A stretch of 64,000 bases of DNA from Vicinamibacteria bacterium (GTDB lineage: Bacteria > Acidobacteriota > Vicinamibacteria > Marinacidobacterales > Marinacidobacteraceae): contig CAXXLQ010000004.1 of assembly GCA_963668695.2 (NCBI GenBank), forward strand, positions 3,456,001 to 3,520,000, read 5' to 3'. The notes beneath the pieces were generated by a model. It was given only the letters and a program-made list of their open reading frames with translations, did no database searches and had not been told where the DNA came from. The position numbers and the translations under genes were made by a program. Positions 30,575 to 42,136 of the stretch are shown here, in pieces (position 1 is the first letter of the stretch; each line of letters starts with the position of its first letter).

Positions 30575-31354
30575 ATGATTCTCCGCCTCCAGCACATCGG
30601 CACCGCCCACCGGAGCCACGCCTCGGCAGCCGAGCGCCTCCGCGGGGTCGGGCTCGAACCCGCCGAACTGCGCACCGACCAGGGCCGCGGCTTCCAGCTC
30701 GACTCGCGGAAGCTGCTCGGCAACGAATGCTGGCTCCACGTGGTCCACAACTGGAACCCCGAGGCGCGGGTGTGCCAGTACCTTCGGAGCCGCGGCGAGG
30801 GGCTGGAACACATCGCCATCGAGACCGACGACATCGAGGGTGCGGTCGCCCGCGTCAAGGAATCGGCGCCCATCTTCGAGGACCGGATCTTTCACGCCGC
30901 GGACGGCTTCGAAGCGTTCGTCTACCCCGCGGACGCCTGCGGGTTCACCGTGGAGTTGATTCAGCCGCACGCCTCGAGCTGGAACTGGCCCGACCCGCCG
31001 CCCGAGCGGGTCAGCCCGCTCCTTTCCGTCCGCCGGCTCGCCGAAGTGGTGGCGGGGGCGCCGGATCCGGACGCCGCGGGCCGACGCTTCGAAGAGCTGT
31101 TCCGGGTGCCGCGCGAGAGCGGGAACGGGAGCGGGGTGAGCGTCTCGTTTCCGAACGGGTGCCGGCTGCGCTTCGAACCCGGAGGGCCCGGGCTTCAGGC
31201 CCTCGTGTTGGAGAGCGCCGACCCGGAGGCCGACCTCCGGGCGCTCGAAGCGGCCGGCACCCCGGTGGACGCCGGCGCCGATTCCGGAGAGCGCCGCATA
31301 CCGGCCTCGGTGGCGGGCTTCGAGATCGTGCTGCGCGCCCCGCAAGACCCCTGA
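30575..31354 (+). CDS. VOC family protein (methylmalonyl-CoA epimerase-like)
   Basis: LQHIG...YLRSRGEGLEHIAIETDDI...FVYPADACGFTVELIQ. Confidence 0.75.
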   Translation: MILRLQHIGTAHRSHASAAERLRGVGLEPAELRTDQGRGFQLDSRKLLGNECWLHVVHNWNPEARVCQYLRSRGEGLEHIAIETDDIEGAVARVKESAPIFEDRIFHAADGFEAFVYPADACGFTVELIQPHASSWNWPDPPPERVSPLLSVRRLAEVVAGAPDPDAAGRRFEELFRVPRESGNGSGVSVSFPNGCRLRFEPGGPGLQALVLESADPEADLRALEAAGTPVDAGADSGERRIPASVAGFEIVLRAPQDP

Positions 31355-31412
31355 TTCAGAATCGGAGTCGGTTTCGCTCAGATTTATTTGGCAAGCCGCG
31401 GCTAAAAAGTAC

Positions 31413-31441
31413 TTGACAAGCCCCGCGTCCGCACGTATCGT
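31413..31441 (+). promoter_or_regulatory. Sigma70-type promoter of groESL
   Basis: TTGACA-N17-TATCGT with an AT-rich upstream segment. Confidence 0.75.
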
Positions 31442-31598
31442 TCCGGCTGTCCGGCGCCCTTGACCAGCGCCGCTGGCCAGCCAACCGGCAGGCCGGCGAG
31501 AAACGGCCTGAGGCCCTGAGGCCCGGCCGACCGGACGCATCGCAACCCCAAGCATGGACGCCGCGTGGCGTCCATCCAGTAAGAGGAGACATATTCCG

Positions 31599-31886
31599 AT
31601 GAAGTTCCAGCCTCTGAGGGAGAACGTTTTGCTTCGCCGTCTTGAGTCGGCCGAAGAAAAGATCGGCTCCATCATCGTCCCCGATACCGCCAAGGAAAAA
31701 CCGATGACCGCCGAAGTGATCGCGGTGGGCGCCGGCAAGGTCCTGAAGGACGGCAGCCGTCAGGCTCCCGAGGTGAAGCCGGGCCAGCACATCCTGATCG
31801 GGAAGTACTCCGGCTCCGAAGTCAAGCTTGACGGCGAGGACTTCATCATCGTCCGCGAGGACGAGATCCTGGGCATCGTCGCGTAG
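31599..31886 (+). CDS. groES: Co-chaperonin GroES
   Basis: MKFQPL...IIVPDTAKEKP...KYSGSEVK...REDEILG; AGAGGAG RBS. Confidence 0.97.
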   Translation: MKFQPLRENVLLRRLESAEEKIGSIIVPDTAKEKPMTAEVIAVGAGKVLKDGSRQAPEVKPGQHILIGKYSGSEVKLDGEDFIIVREDEILGIVA

Positions 31887-33557
<1,671 letters not shown>

Positions 33558-33576
33558 TCCGCTCTCCCTCTCACCC

Positions 33577-33615
33577 TGGGCGCCGGCGCTAACGCGCCGG
33601 CGCCCATCTTTGTTT
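33577..33615 (+). terminator. Intrinsic terminator of groESL
   Basis: TGGGCGCCGGCGC-TAAC-GCGCCGGCGCCCA stem followed by TCTTTGTTT. Confidence 0.75.
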
Positions 33616-33652
33616 GAAGCCCTGGTCCCGGGCCGGATGGCGCCGCCGGGAA

Positions 33653-33716
33653 GGGAACGCCGGCCAGTTCTCCCGGTGGGGGCTTCACACCGGCATCGCG
33701 GCCCGCAGGGCCGCGG
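33653..33716 (+). repeat. REP-like element (GGGAACGCCGG family) carrying the 16-bp module
   Basis: Matches 44905-44957, 53720-53794 and 62607-62732. Confidence 0.75.
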
Positions 33717-33854
33717 CACCCGCACACCGCCGCCTGCCTCGTCATCGGTGATGGGTTGCGGCCCGGCGGGCGCGGCGCGCCAGCGGGCCAAGGCGGCGGC
33801 GTGTTTGTGGGGCGCCGCCGCGGTGTGGGCCTTACGCCCTGGCACCGGCTTATT

Positions 33855-34223
33855 TCAAACCAGTTTCAGTCCGGCGGTTGCGAAGCGACGAAAGTCGGCG
33901 AGATTCGCTGTCGCGAGGCGCGCCCCATCATGGATTGCTGCAGCCGCGATCAGGCAGTCGGAGAGTGAGCGGCGGCGACGGCCCGAGTCGTTGAAGAGAC
34001 GAGCGGCGATTGCCGCGTGTTCGAAAGTGAGGTCGCGATGGCCGTCCACGACTTGCAGAGCGAGTTCTGTCTCCGCCGGTTCGATCGGGCCGCACAAGAA
34101 TTCGGCCCAAGCGATGCTGCTTACCACCACTGGCTCGTCGGGATCTGCGGCCTCCAGAAATCGAGCCTCAGGCGATCCCTGGTCCATCATGCGGATCAGG
34201 AAACTTGTGTCCAAGTGGATCAT
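33855..34223 (-). CDS. vapC: VapC-type PIN-domain toxin
   Basis: HLDTSFLI...AWAEFLCG...DCLIAA...LATANLADF. Confidence 0.9.
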   Translation of the reverse strand: MIHLDTSFLIRMMDQGSPEARFLEAADPDEPVVVSSIAWAEFLCGPIEPAETELALQVVDGHRDLTFEHAAIAARLFNDSGRRRRSLSDCLIAAAAIHDGARLATANLADFRRFATAGLKLV

Positions 34224-34504
34224 CGCGGTTCGTTGGAGAGTCGCCGAAAGGATGCGCTCCGAATCTCGCTCGCTTGGTGTTCCCAGCCGTCCAAATCCAC
34301 GCCTCGGGCGGCGACTGATTTCTGGAGTGCCCGGAGGGCCTGCAACCTCGCATCCGCCCGCGATGGTTGCCGCTCGGCTTCGCTACGGATCGCTCTTCGA
34401 AGCGCCTCGGACTTCGAGACGTTCCAGCGACGCGCCAACCCTTCCAGCGAGCGGACAGTGCCAACGTCGAGAGAATATGTGGACTTGATCGTCATGACGG
34501 CCAT
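34220..34504 (-). CDS. Ribbon-helix-helix (CopG-like) antitoxin
   Basis: STYSLDVGTVRSLEGLARRWNVSKSEALRRAI; ATGA overlap with the PIN gene. Confidence 0.85.
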   Translation of the reverse strand: MAVMTIKSTYSLDVGTVRSLEGLARRWNVSKSEALRRAIRSEAERQPSRADARLQALRALQKSVAARGVDLDGWEHQASEIRSASFRRLSNEPR

Positions 34505-34696
34505 ACTCTCATTGTATGGCCGTATCACGCGGCAAGACGAATCGTCGCGGGTCCGCGGCCACGCAGCCCTGTCTGCAGCCGATCCAGTTCGGCGGTGGTG
34601 AGCTCGGCCCGCATCGCGAAATTCGTGCACCCCAACTCTGGGATCTATGCGAGTGGCACTAGGTACTTCATCAACATTCCCTCCATGGGAGGGTTG

Positions 34697-35691
34697 TCAG
34701 AAGTAGTGCTTGAATACCACCGCGACTTCCCGGTATCCGAGGCCGCCGAGGCCGATGTCCACCCCGAACGGGCTCACCCCGTCGGCCTGAACCGGCGCGT
34801 GGCTTCGGACCAGGTCGTACTCCGTGGTGGTGGTCAGCTCCCCGAAGCGGCCCCAGCGAACCTTGACCCCGAGCAAAGCCTCTCCCAGGTACATGTCGAG
34901 TCCGACGATGAACTGGTACCCCAGGACCCAGCCGCTGATCTCTGCGTCCAGTAGGCTGACGGTTCCCGCGGCCGCGCGCTTCGCTTCCTCCGGCCAGTCG
35001 GGAACGAACTCGATAGCCAGGTACTCCTGCTCCGGTTTGCGGACGAAGCTCGCCGCATATTGAGCCTCGACGTTCGCCAACCCGATCCCGGCCCCCGCGT
35101 AGGGCGTCCACCGCGTACGGTTCTCGAAGTCGTAGTAGAGGTTCAGGAAGGCCTCCTCGGCCCGGACATCGGAGAGCGTCTCGACCGGGGCCACCGCCCA
35201 TTCGACCCGGACATCGGAGAGCGTCTCTACCGGGGCCACCGCCCATTCGACTTTCTTGCCAGCCAGGGCTTCATTGCCGTCCGCTACCTTGATGGGCCGG
35301 GTGTCCCGTCCGTGACTCCGCAACCGGAAATCCAGCTCGACGCGAAGTGCGCCGAAGGCGAGGCCGACCGTCGAGCCATAGCCGAATCCGGTACCGATGT
35401 CGAAGGAGTTCGTGAGCGAGGTGGTCGCCTCGCGGGCGTCGCAAGCGGCATCGTTCGGAGGCGTCAGCCCCCCTCCGGATAGAGGAGCGTGTCGCACCGC
35501 GTCGGGCGGTTCAGGAACGTCTGGGAGGACTTTGCCGTCCGGGCGCGGGGACCACCCTCTTCGAATCCGATGTAGAGGCGCTGCGCCACCGCGTCATCGC
35601 CGGCCGCGAGCAGCGCCGCGCCCACCAGGACGCCGACGGCCCAAGGCCAGCCCAAGGGGACCTGGGGCAGCTGATTGATTGTTCGATCCAT
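34697..35691 (-). pseudogene. Outer-membrane beta-barrel (opacity/OmpA-TM-like) protein, frameshifted at a G6 tract, with a 45-bp internal duplication
   Basis: Signal peptide in one frame; barrel motifs (LRVELDF, FLNLYYDF, WTPYAGAGIG, C-terminal KHYF) in another. C6 at 35468-35473; duplication at 35161-35250. Start is uncertain. Confidence 0.7.
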
Positions 35692-36418
35692 GTTTCCGTC
35701 TACTCGCAATCGGCGGACCGACGGCGCAGTCGGGTCGGGTTCGGCCGATTCGGTGAAAGTCCGCCCCCACAAAGTGGCGCGTTTCGAAGTTGATCTGTGC
35801 GGTGGTTTAGTCGCCCGGGTGATGATCAATTTTGACGGTCTGCCCTTTCTGGGACAGGCCTTTGAGTTCGTGCTTTACCAGGAGGAGGAGGAGACTTGGG
35901 AAGAAGTTGCCCGAGTGCCGCCAATTGTCCGAATCGACGACCCTCCAGCGCAGCCTGCGCAGGACGCCTTACCCCGTGCCCATCGCCCTGTTTCTGGACA
36001 TTCACGAAGGCCTCGTCCCGCAACGGTCCGCCGCCCTCCGGCATAGGAGGGGTTGGAGCCTTCCCGCAGGGATACGTTGCCGCCGCGAGGCGGCGGCGGG
36101 AGCGACCCCGAAAGCGGCAAAAGGGCCGGCAACAGCAGCCACGATTTATGCCGCATTTGTTACCGAAACAGGGGGGGTCGCTTCCGTCCCAGCCCCGCCG
36201 CCAAAAGTGGCCACGGAACTAGGAGCTACCCGCCACCCTGCTGCGCCGAGCCCCTAATCTGTCGGAGCGGGGGAGTAACAAGGCAATCTGGAGAGAGCCA
36301 GCCCGGCGGCCACTGGGCGCGCAACGACCGGAGATGGGGGAGACTCTCCAGCCAAACCGAGCGTCTTGCCTGTTTCTGTGACTGTGGCGTTCGCGCTCCC
36401 GTAGCGCGGGAGGGTCGT

Positions 36419-38008
36419 ATGAGCACTACAACCCTATGGTGTCGGCATGTGATCACATGCGTTTGGTTGGCCACCTTGCCGCTGTTGGCTACCGCTGCGT
36501 GTGTGCCGGCCGGCGATGACGGCGTGCAGTGGCCGGTTGTTCTGGAGTACCTGGACCAGCAGGCGGCTTGGGAGGCGCAGGCCGGCAACATTGGGGACAC
36601 TCTGCGCGCCGGCGGGGGTCCGCTCGATGAGAAGCTGCAGCGCGCGGAGGAGGCACACGGGAGGTTGCCGGATGCAGCCGCGGCCATCGCCGCTGCTCGG
36701 GAGATCGTCGCAACGGGTGGGCCGCACACGGCCGAAGCGGCAGCGTTCCTCATCGAGCGGTCCGAGAGCCCCCTTGGGATGATGGAGACCCAGCCGAAAC
36801 TGGCGAAGCTGGTCGCCGACGGGATCGATCCCTCCGAGGCCGTGGCGCGACTCAGGGCAACCGAAGACCCGACATGGGAGGCGCTGGTCACCCACGTCGG
36901 TCCCGACTGGACGCTCGTGCAGAAGTATCTCGACGAGTACGACACCTGGTTTGCGCGCCTCCGCGCCGCCGCCCCGGCCGGCGGCGGGGCGCCGCGTGTG
37001 GACATGCATGAGCAACCGAGCGCCATCCGGGCCATCGCCGCCGCGCGAGCGATCCTCGGTGCGGAGGACGCGCAGGAGAAGACGGTAGAGGCAGTGGAGT
37101 TCCTCGTTGACCACGCCCCGCACCGGGACCGGCACCTTGCCGCCGCCGCCAGGGTTTTGGTAGCGCGCGCGCCCGACTACGGGGGTTGGCCGCGTGTGCT
37201 GCGCGCCCTTGACGGGGCGAGGGGCCACGCCGAGATGACCGGGACATTAGTTTCGTCCGTGGGCGAGTTTTTCGCGGAGATGGCGTCCGATGCCGACAAC
37301 CCCGTGCTGCGGGCCGCGGCGCGGTACTACGTGGCGGCCGGTCTGATGCGGGGAGCGAACGCCTGGACTCTGTCGCCGGAGGATCGGGCCGCACGCCGGG
37401 AGCGCGCCTTGGAGACGGCGACCGGCCTGAGTTCCGGCGTGGAGGACGAGACGTTCGACGAACCGAGTCAGAGAGCAGGTGACGGCGCGGCGGCTCCTCG
37501 GACGTTCATGAAGGCCGAGGCTGATCTAATCGCAAGCATCCGGCACGCGACCGTGGGCGGCACGCTGCCGGAGCGGACCGGACGGCGACTCGATGGCATG
37601 GACGAGCCGCTGTCGGCCTACAGGGGCCGCGTACTGCTGATCGACTTCTGGGCGACGTGGTGCCCACCGTGCATCGCCGCGCTTCCGGAGCTTCGCCAAC
37701 TCGTCTCCGACCTGCCCGCGGACAGGTTCGCGCTGCTGGCAGTCAGCGTCGATGCGGATCTCGCAACCGTGACCGAGTTCATAACGAAGGAACCGATGCC
37801 CTGGTACAACTGGCATGTGGGCGTTTCCAGCGACCTCGCACGGATTCTCGACGTTCGCAGCTTCCCCACGTACCTGGTCGTGGACGCAGACGGCACGATC
37901 CTGTTCAACGGCAACGCCCCGTTGTCCCTGTTACGCTGCATGGCCGAACGGGCGGTGGCAGGCGAGGATCCCAACTGCTCCCCAGCCGACTGGCATGGCG
38001 CCCCGTGA
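36419..38008 (+). CDS. TlpA-family thiol-disulfide oxidoreductase lipoprotein with a long N-terminal extension
   Basis: LSAYRGRVLLIDFWATWCPPC, FPTYLVVD; lipobox TAAC. Confidence 0.88.
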   Translation: MSTTTLWCRHVITCVWLATLPLLATAACVPAGDDGVQWPVVLEYLDQQAAWEAQAGNIGDTLRAGGGPLDEKLQRAEEAHGRLPDAAAAIAAAREIVATGGPHTAEAAAFLIERSESPLGMMETQPKLAKLVADGIDPSEAVARLRATEDPTWEALVTHVGPDWTLVQKYLDEYDTWFARLRAAAPAGGGAPRVDMHEQPSAIRAIAAARAILGAEDAQEKTVEAVEFLVDHAPHRDRHLAAAARVLVARAPDYGGWPRVLRALDGARGHAEMTGTLVSSVGEFFAEMASDADNPVLRAAARYYVAAGLMRGANAWTLSPEDRAARRERALETATGLSSGVEDETFDEPSQRAGDGAAAPRTFMKAEADLIASIRHATVGGTLPERTGRRLDGMDEPLSAYRGRVLLIDFWATWCPPCIAALPELRQLVSDLPADRFALLAVSVDADLATVTEFITKEPMPWYNWHVGVSSDLARILDVRSFPTYLVVDADGTILFNGNAPLSLLRCMAERAVAGEDPNCSPADWHGAP

Positions 38009-38337
38009 ACCTTGGGGACCCCCGGTGCCTCCTATCCGCTTGGCGGCAGTGCGGGTGTCGCGGCCGACGCTGATGAGGAAGCTGGCGCCACGGTAGTTTC
38101 ATGAGCGCCGCGGCGCGGTGGCCGCCCGGCGGAGGAGGGATGTGTTGCTGCCGCGAGTGGAGAATTCCACCGGCGGGTTGGTAAGGAGCATCCGCCCCAC
38201 AGCCGGATTGGTTCGGGTTCAGCGCGACACGCGCACTTGCGGGATCCGCAGCTGGCTCATTCAGCCGCGACCCGGGACCAGGGGATTCGTACCGATTCGG
38301 GTGCGGGTCAAGCGGCGGCGCGTCCGGGTGCGCGACC

Positions 38338-38436
38338 ATGCGCCGATGGCTTCTCCGGCCGGGTTGTCTTTCCGGTAGCCCTGCGCGACCGCCCAGCGCA
38401 TCACGTCGAGACCCGCTGCCGCACCCGGCGCGCGGT
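38338..38436 (-). pseudogene. Remnant of a P4-like tyrosine integrase, overlapping the methyltransferase 3' end
   Basis: With one frameshift it reads TARRVRQRVS(T)VMRWAVAQGYRKDNPAGEAIGA, matching the TA.RV.QRI..V..WA...G....NPA segment of such integrases. Confidence 0.65.
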
Positions 38437-39255
38437 CAAGCCGCTCCGATACGCCACGATGTTGTGCGCCGGCAGGGTGAGGCGGCTCTCGATGACCCCG
38501 CCCGCACCCTCGATCCGTTCCGCCAACTCGGAAAGCGTCATCAGCTCCCGGTACCCCACGTTCAGCTCGTCGGCGAACGCCCGGTAGAAGAGGCGGACAG
38601 CCAATCGGTCCCGGGGGCAACTGCATATCTGGATCCCGCCGGGCTTCAGAAACCGCCGGAAATGCGCGATGAGTCTCCGTTTTCCGGCGTCGTCGAAGTG
38701 CTCGATCAACCCCCAATCGAGGCCGACATCGAAACGCCCGGACGGGGCGACGTCGAAGAAGTTCTTCCGCAGGTAACTCCAACCCTCGAGATCGCGCTCC
38801 ACGTCGATCCATCGCTCTCCCCATCCCCTCGGCGCCCGGACCCGCACCTCCCGTGGCGCGCACAGAAAACGCTCGTACGCCGCCTCATCCTCGTCGATCA
38901 GGAGGACCTCCCCTCCGGCCCCGAAGAGCGCCTGCAGGATCGCCGCTTCCCATCCCGCTTCGGCGCCGAAGAACACGATGCTGGGGTTGGGTGGGACCGG
39001 CAGCCGCACGAGCGCCCGCGCCTTCCCCACGAAGTCGTGGATCGCATCCCTTCGCTGCTGCGCCTGGGCGAGCACGAGACGCAGGACCCGTATCGACACC
39101 GGCCCGCGATACCCGCGGTTGATCTCCCGCCAGGGGGTGTTGAGAAACTTCTCGAAGTTGGCGTTGAACCGCGCCCAATCCACCGCCCCCGAGCGCTCGG
39201 GGTCCCGGACCTGGTTCGGATCGAAGCCCCGCGCGAGCGGCAGGGTTACCCGCAT
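38401..39255 (-). CDS. Class I SAM-dependent methyltransferase-like protein
   Basis: FFGAEAG motif I variant; FDVGLDWGLIEHF; RFLKPGG. Confidence 0.75.
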   Translation of the reverse strand: MRVTLPLARGFDPNQVRDPERSGAVDWARFNANFEKFLNTPWREINRGYRGPVSIRVLRLVLAQAQQRRDAIHDFVGKARALVRLPVPPNPSIVFFGAEAGWEAAILQALFGAGGEVLLIDEDEAAYERFLCAPREVRVRAPRGWGERWIDVERDLEGWSYLRKNFFDVAPSGRFDVGLDWGLIEHFDDAGKRRLIAHFRRFLKPGGIQICSCPRDRLAVRLFYRAFADELNVGYRELMTLSELAERIEGAGGVIESRLTLPAHNIVAYRSGLTARRVRQRVST

Positions 39256-39276
39256 GACGGTTCAGTCAACCGGAAT

Positions 39277-40308
39277 ATGCTCACCACGTCAATGCTGCCT
39301 CGGCGCCGGAACACACTACCCGCATCCGTCACCCTCGCGGGCGGGCTGGCGTGGGCGGCGGCGTGGTCCATCGGTTGTGACGGCGCCGCCCCGGCCCCCT
39401 CCCCTTCCGATGCCGGTCAGCAAATCGGCGCCGCACTGGAGAGCGTTGGGGCCGCCGACTTCACCGACCTCGGCCTGAGCGTCTGGATTGGCCCCGCGGA
39501 CGGAGACGCCCTCTACGAGAAATCCGCCGGCGTCCCCCGCCCCGCGGCCAGCTCCATCAAGACCGCCTATCTCGTCGAGTTCTTCTCGGACCGCGCCGAG
39601 ACTCTCGACGAACCCGTCCCGGGAGCCGCCGAAGTAGTGGGCGATCCCGAGCACCCCGCGATCACGCACTTCGATCCTGAAACCCAGGCCGAGATCCGGG
39701 AGCACCTGGCAACCACGAACGCGCGAACCGTGGGACACCACATGATCCGGGGGACCGGAGTCTCGAACGCGGTGTACAACGCGGCCGCCAATCTGGTGAC
39801 CGCCTTCCTCGGCGGGCCGCCCGAGTTGACCGGCCGGATCCACGCCCGCCATCCGGACTTCGCCGGCATCCACTCCCGCCGTTACATGCTCGCGGCGCGG
39901 GACGTAACGGGAGACAACGAAGCCACCGCAGCCTCCCTCGCCGCGGTGCTCGCCGCCATCGCGCGCGGCGACGTCCCGGGACTCTCTCCCGAGACGCACG
40001 ACGCGATGCGGGACATCCTCTTCCTGGAGGAAAACGAACTCGGCCGCCACTTCTACAAGGGCGGCTCGCTCAACTCGAACCCAATTACCCGGGTGCTTTC
40101 GGGCTACTGGGAAAGCCCTGGGGAACCCGCGGGGCGCCAGCTCGTTTACGTCTTCATGGCCGAGATTCCGGGTCCCGAGAGCGTCGCGCCGGGCGATCTG
40201 GAAGCGGGCGAGGCCGGACGCCGGCTCCAGGAACACCTCGAAGCGCTCCGGGCAGCCGCGTTGCCGGTGGCGAGGAGCTGGCTCGCCACCGGGGTGGCTC
40301 CCGAGTGA
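39277..40308 (+). CDS. Serine hydrolase (class A beta-lactamase-like fold) lipoprotein
   Basis: PAASSIKT (SxxK), NAAANLV, DNEATA, YKGG; signal peptide ending in Cys. Confidence 0.75.
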   Translation: MLTTSMLPRRRNTLPASVTLAGGLAWAAAWSIGCDGAAPAPSPSDAGQQIGAALESVGAADFTDLGLSVWIGPADGDALYEKSAGVPRPAASSIKTAYLVEFFSDRAETLDEPVPGAAEVVGDPEHPAITHFDPETQAEIREHLATTNARTVGHHMIRGTGVSNAVYNAAANLVTAFLGGPPELTGRIHARHPDFAGIHSRRYMLAARDVTGDNEATAASLAAVLAAIARGDVPGLSPETHDAMRDILFLEENELGRHFYKGGSLNSNPITRVLSGYWESPGEPAGRQLVYVFMAEIPGPESVAPGDLEAGEAGRRLQEHLEALRAAALPVARSWLATGVAPE

Positions 40309-41552
40309 GATTTCCGGCGCTCGCCGCCGCCCTCTCGCTGATCCCACTCGCCGCCCCCGCCGGCGAGGACTGGCCGCAATGGCGCGGCCCCAACCGGGAC
40401 GGCATCTCCCGGGAGACCGGACTCCTGCAGAGCTGGCCGGAGGGCGGTCCTCGCCTCGTCTTCCGAGCCGACGGCCTCGGGGCCGGGTATTCCACGGTAG
40501 CCATTGCCGACGGGCGCATCCACACCCTGGGCATGCTCTCGGGCCGCGAGTGGGTCATCACCCTCGATGCCAAGACCGGCGCACAGCTGTGGGCGACGCC
40601 CCATGCCGATGCCTACCGGGACGGCCGGGGAGACGGCCCGCGCGGCGTTCCGACGGTGATCGACGGCAAGGTGTACGCGCTCGGGGCAAAGGGACAACTC
40701 AGCGCGCTCGATGCGGCCAGCGGGCAGGTTCTCTGGTCCGTCAACCTTCTCGAGCGCTTCGGAGCGCGCAACATCGGTTGGGGGATCAGCGAATCCCCGC
40801 TCGTCCTCGAGGACCGGGTGCTCGTGTCACCCGGCAGCCGAGGGGTCGGGTTCGCCGCCTTCGACCGCGAATCCGGAGAGCTGCTGTGGGGCACGGAGGG
40901 TGACGAAGCCGGTTACGCCTCCCCCCTGCCGGTCGATCTCGAGGGTGCGCCGCACATCGTGTATTTCAGCGGCGAACGCGCGGCCGGCATCCGGCCCGAA
41001 GATGGCGCGTTGCTCTGGAGTTATCGCCGCGCCTCGAACCGGACCGCGAACATCGCCACTCCGATCCTGGTATCGAACCGCGGGAACGCGGCGGAAGTCT
41101 TCCTGACGTCCGACTACGGGACCGGCGGCGCGCTGCTGGAACTCCGCGCCGACGGCGCTGGTGGCGTGACCGCCGAGGAGAAGTACTTCACCCGGAACAT
41201 GCGCGCCCACCAAGCGACGCCCGTACTGCATGAGGGCGTGCTCTACGGCTTCTCCGGGTCCATCTTCAGCGCGCTCGACATCGAGAGCGGGGCGCTCTTC
41301 TGGCGGGACCGCTCCATTCGCAAGGGCTCGCTGACCTTCGCCGACAACCGCCTCTACGTATTCAGTGAGCGCGGAGACGTTGCCCTCGTGGAGCCGTCGC
41401 GCGTCGGATACGAGGAGCGGGGCCGCTTCGAGTTCCGCCGGAAGGACCGGTCCGGGGAGAACACCTGGACCCATCCGGCGGTCGCGAACGGCCTCCTCTA
41501 CCTGCGCGACCAGGACGTGCTGCTCGCATACGACGTGAAGGCCGGAACGTAG
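40305..41552 (+). CDS. PQQ-binding-like beta-propeller repeat protein
   Basis: DWPQWRGPNRDG, repeated LDAxxGxxLW, WTHPAVANGLLYLRDQ. Confidence 0.9.
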   Translation: MRFPALAAALSLIPLAAPAGEDWPQWRGPNRDGISRETGLLQSWPEGGPRLVFRADGLGAGYSTVAIADGRIHTLGMLSGREWVITLDAKTGAQLWATPHADAYRDGRGDGPRGVPTVIDGKVYALGAKGQLSALDAASGQVLWSVNLLERFGARNIGWGISESPLVLEDRVLVSPGSRGVGFAAFDRESGELLWGTEGDEAGYASPLPVDLEGAPHIVYFSGERAAGIRPEDGALLWSYRRASNRTANIATPILVSNRGNAAEVFLTSDYGTGGALLELRADGAGGVTAEEKYFTRNMRAHQATPVLHEGVLYGFSGSIFSALDIESGALFWRDRSIRKGSLTFADNRLYVFSERGDVALVEPSRVGYEERGRFEFRRKDRSGENTWTHPAVANGLLYLRDQDVLLAYDVKAGT

Positions 41553-41632
41553 CCGGCTGCTGCGGCTGGCGTTCGCGCCGCTGGCCGTCTTCGCGTTCGC
41601 GACCGGCCTCCCTGCGCGTTTCTCCCGGCGAG

Positions 41633-41893
41633 GGCCGGCACCCGGGCCCGTGAGGGTCGCGAAACGCGCTTCGCCCGCGTCAGCGATGGCGCTCCCCGTG
41701 CTCGCCTTCCCCAATCTCCACATGCGTCGTCCACGTCTCGAAGCGCTGGCCTGCGGCTGCCAGTTGGACCGAACTCGTTTCCCCGGGGGCCAGGCTGATT
41801 CTGGGCGTCGGACCGAGTTCGACCCCATTCGACAGATGCACCTCGACCCGAACCCGCGAAACGGGCTCGGCCGCCGTGTTGGTCACGGTCCCG
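41633..41893. repeat. About 260-bp direct repeat, copy 1 (copy 2 at 45001-45262)
   Basis: Near-identical sequence with scattered substitutions and indels. Confidence 0.9.
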
Positions 41894-41975
41894 ATGAAGG
41901 TTTCGGTCGCAGCGTCGAAACGAAGCTCAAGATGGACGCCGCTGCGCGTCTCCTGAGCGGTTTCCGCTACGCCGT
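41680..41975 (-). pseudogene. C-terminal half of a His/Glu-rich FxLYD-like lipoprotein gene
   Basis: [33 protein letters not shown]...VRVEVHLSNGVELGPTP; joins 43384-43681 in frame. Confidence 0.75.
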
Positions 41976-42136
41976 TTCGCTTGGATTTCCTTGTATCTCG
42001 CGGCCCGCTGTGCGGCCCTTTTCGCGTTCAGGTTCGTGAAGAAAAGGCGCTGCTTGTCGCTGTAACGCTCCCATCGGTCCTTGAGGGCATCCCCCATATA
42101 CCAGGGGTATGGAAGTGAGATTCGAGATTGAGTCAT
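41927..42136 (-). CDS. Hypothetical protein, truncated at the insert boundary
   Basis: ATGA overlap with the upstream PE-repeat ORF; the frame runs across the junction at 41975/41976. Confidence 0.45.
   Translation of the reverse strand: MTQSRISLPYPWYMGDALKDRWERYSDKQRLFFTNLNAKRAAQRAARYKEIQAKRRSGNRSGDAQRRPS

Noticed and set aside
31445-31480. CIRCE element
   Set aside because: It does not match TTAGCACTC-N9-GAGTGCTAA; only a 6-bp GC-rich inverted repeat is present.
35700-36260. Small ORFs between the OMP and tlpA genes
   Set aside because: Several overlapping candidates, none with recognisable motifs.
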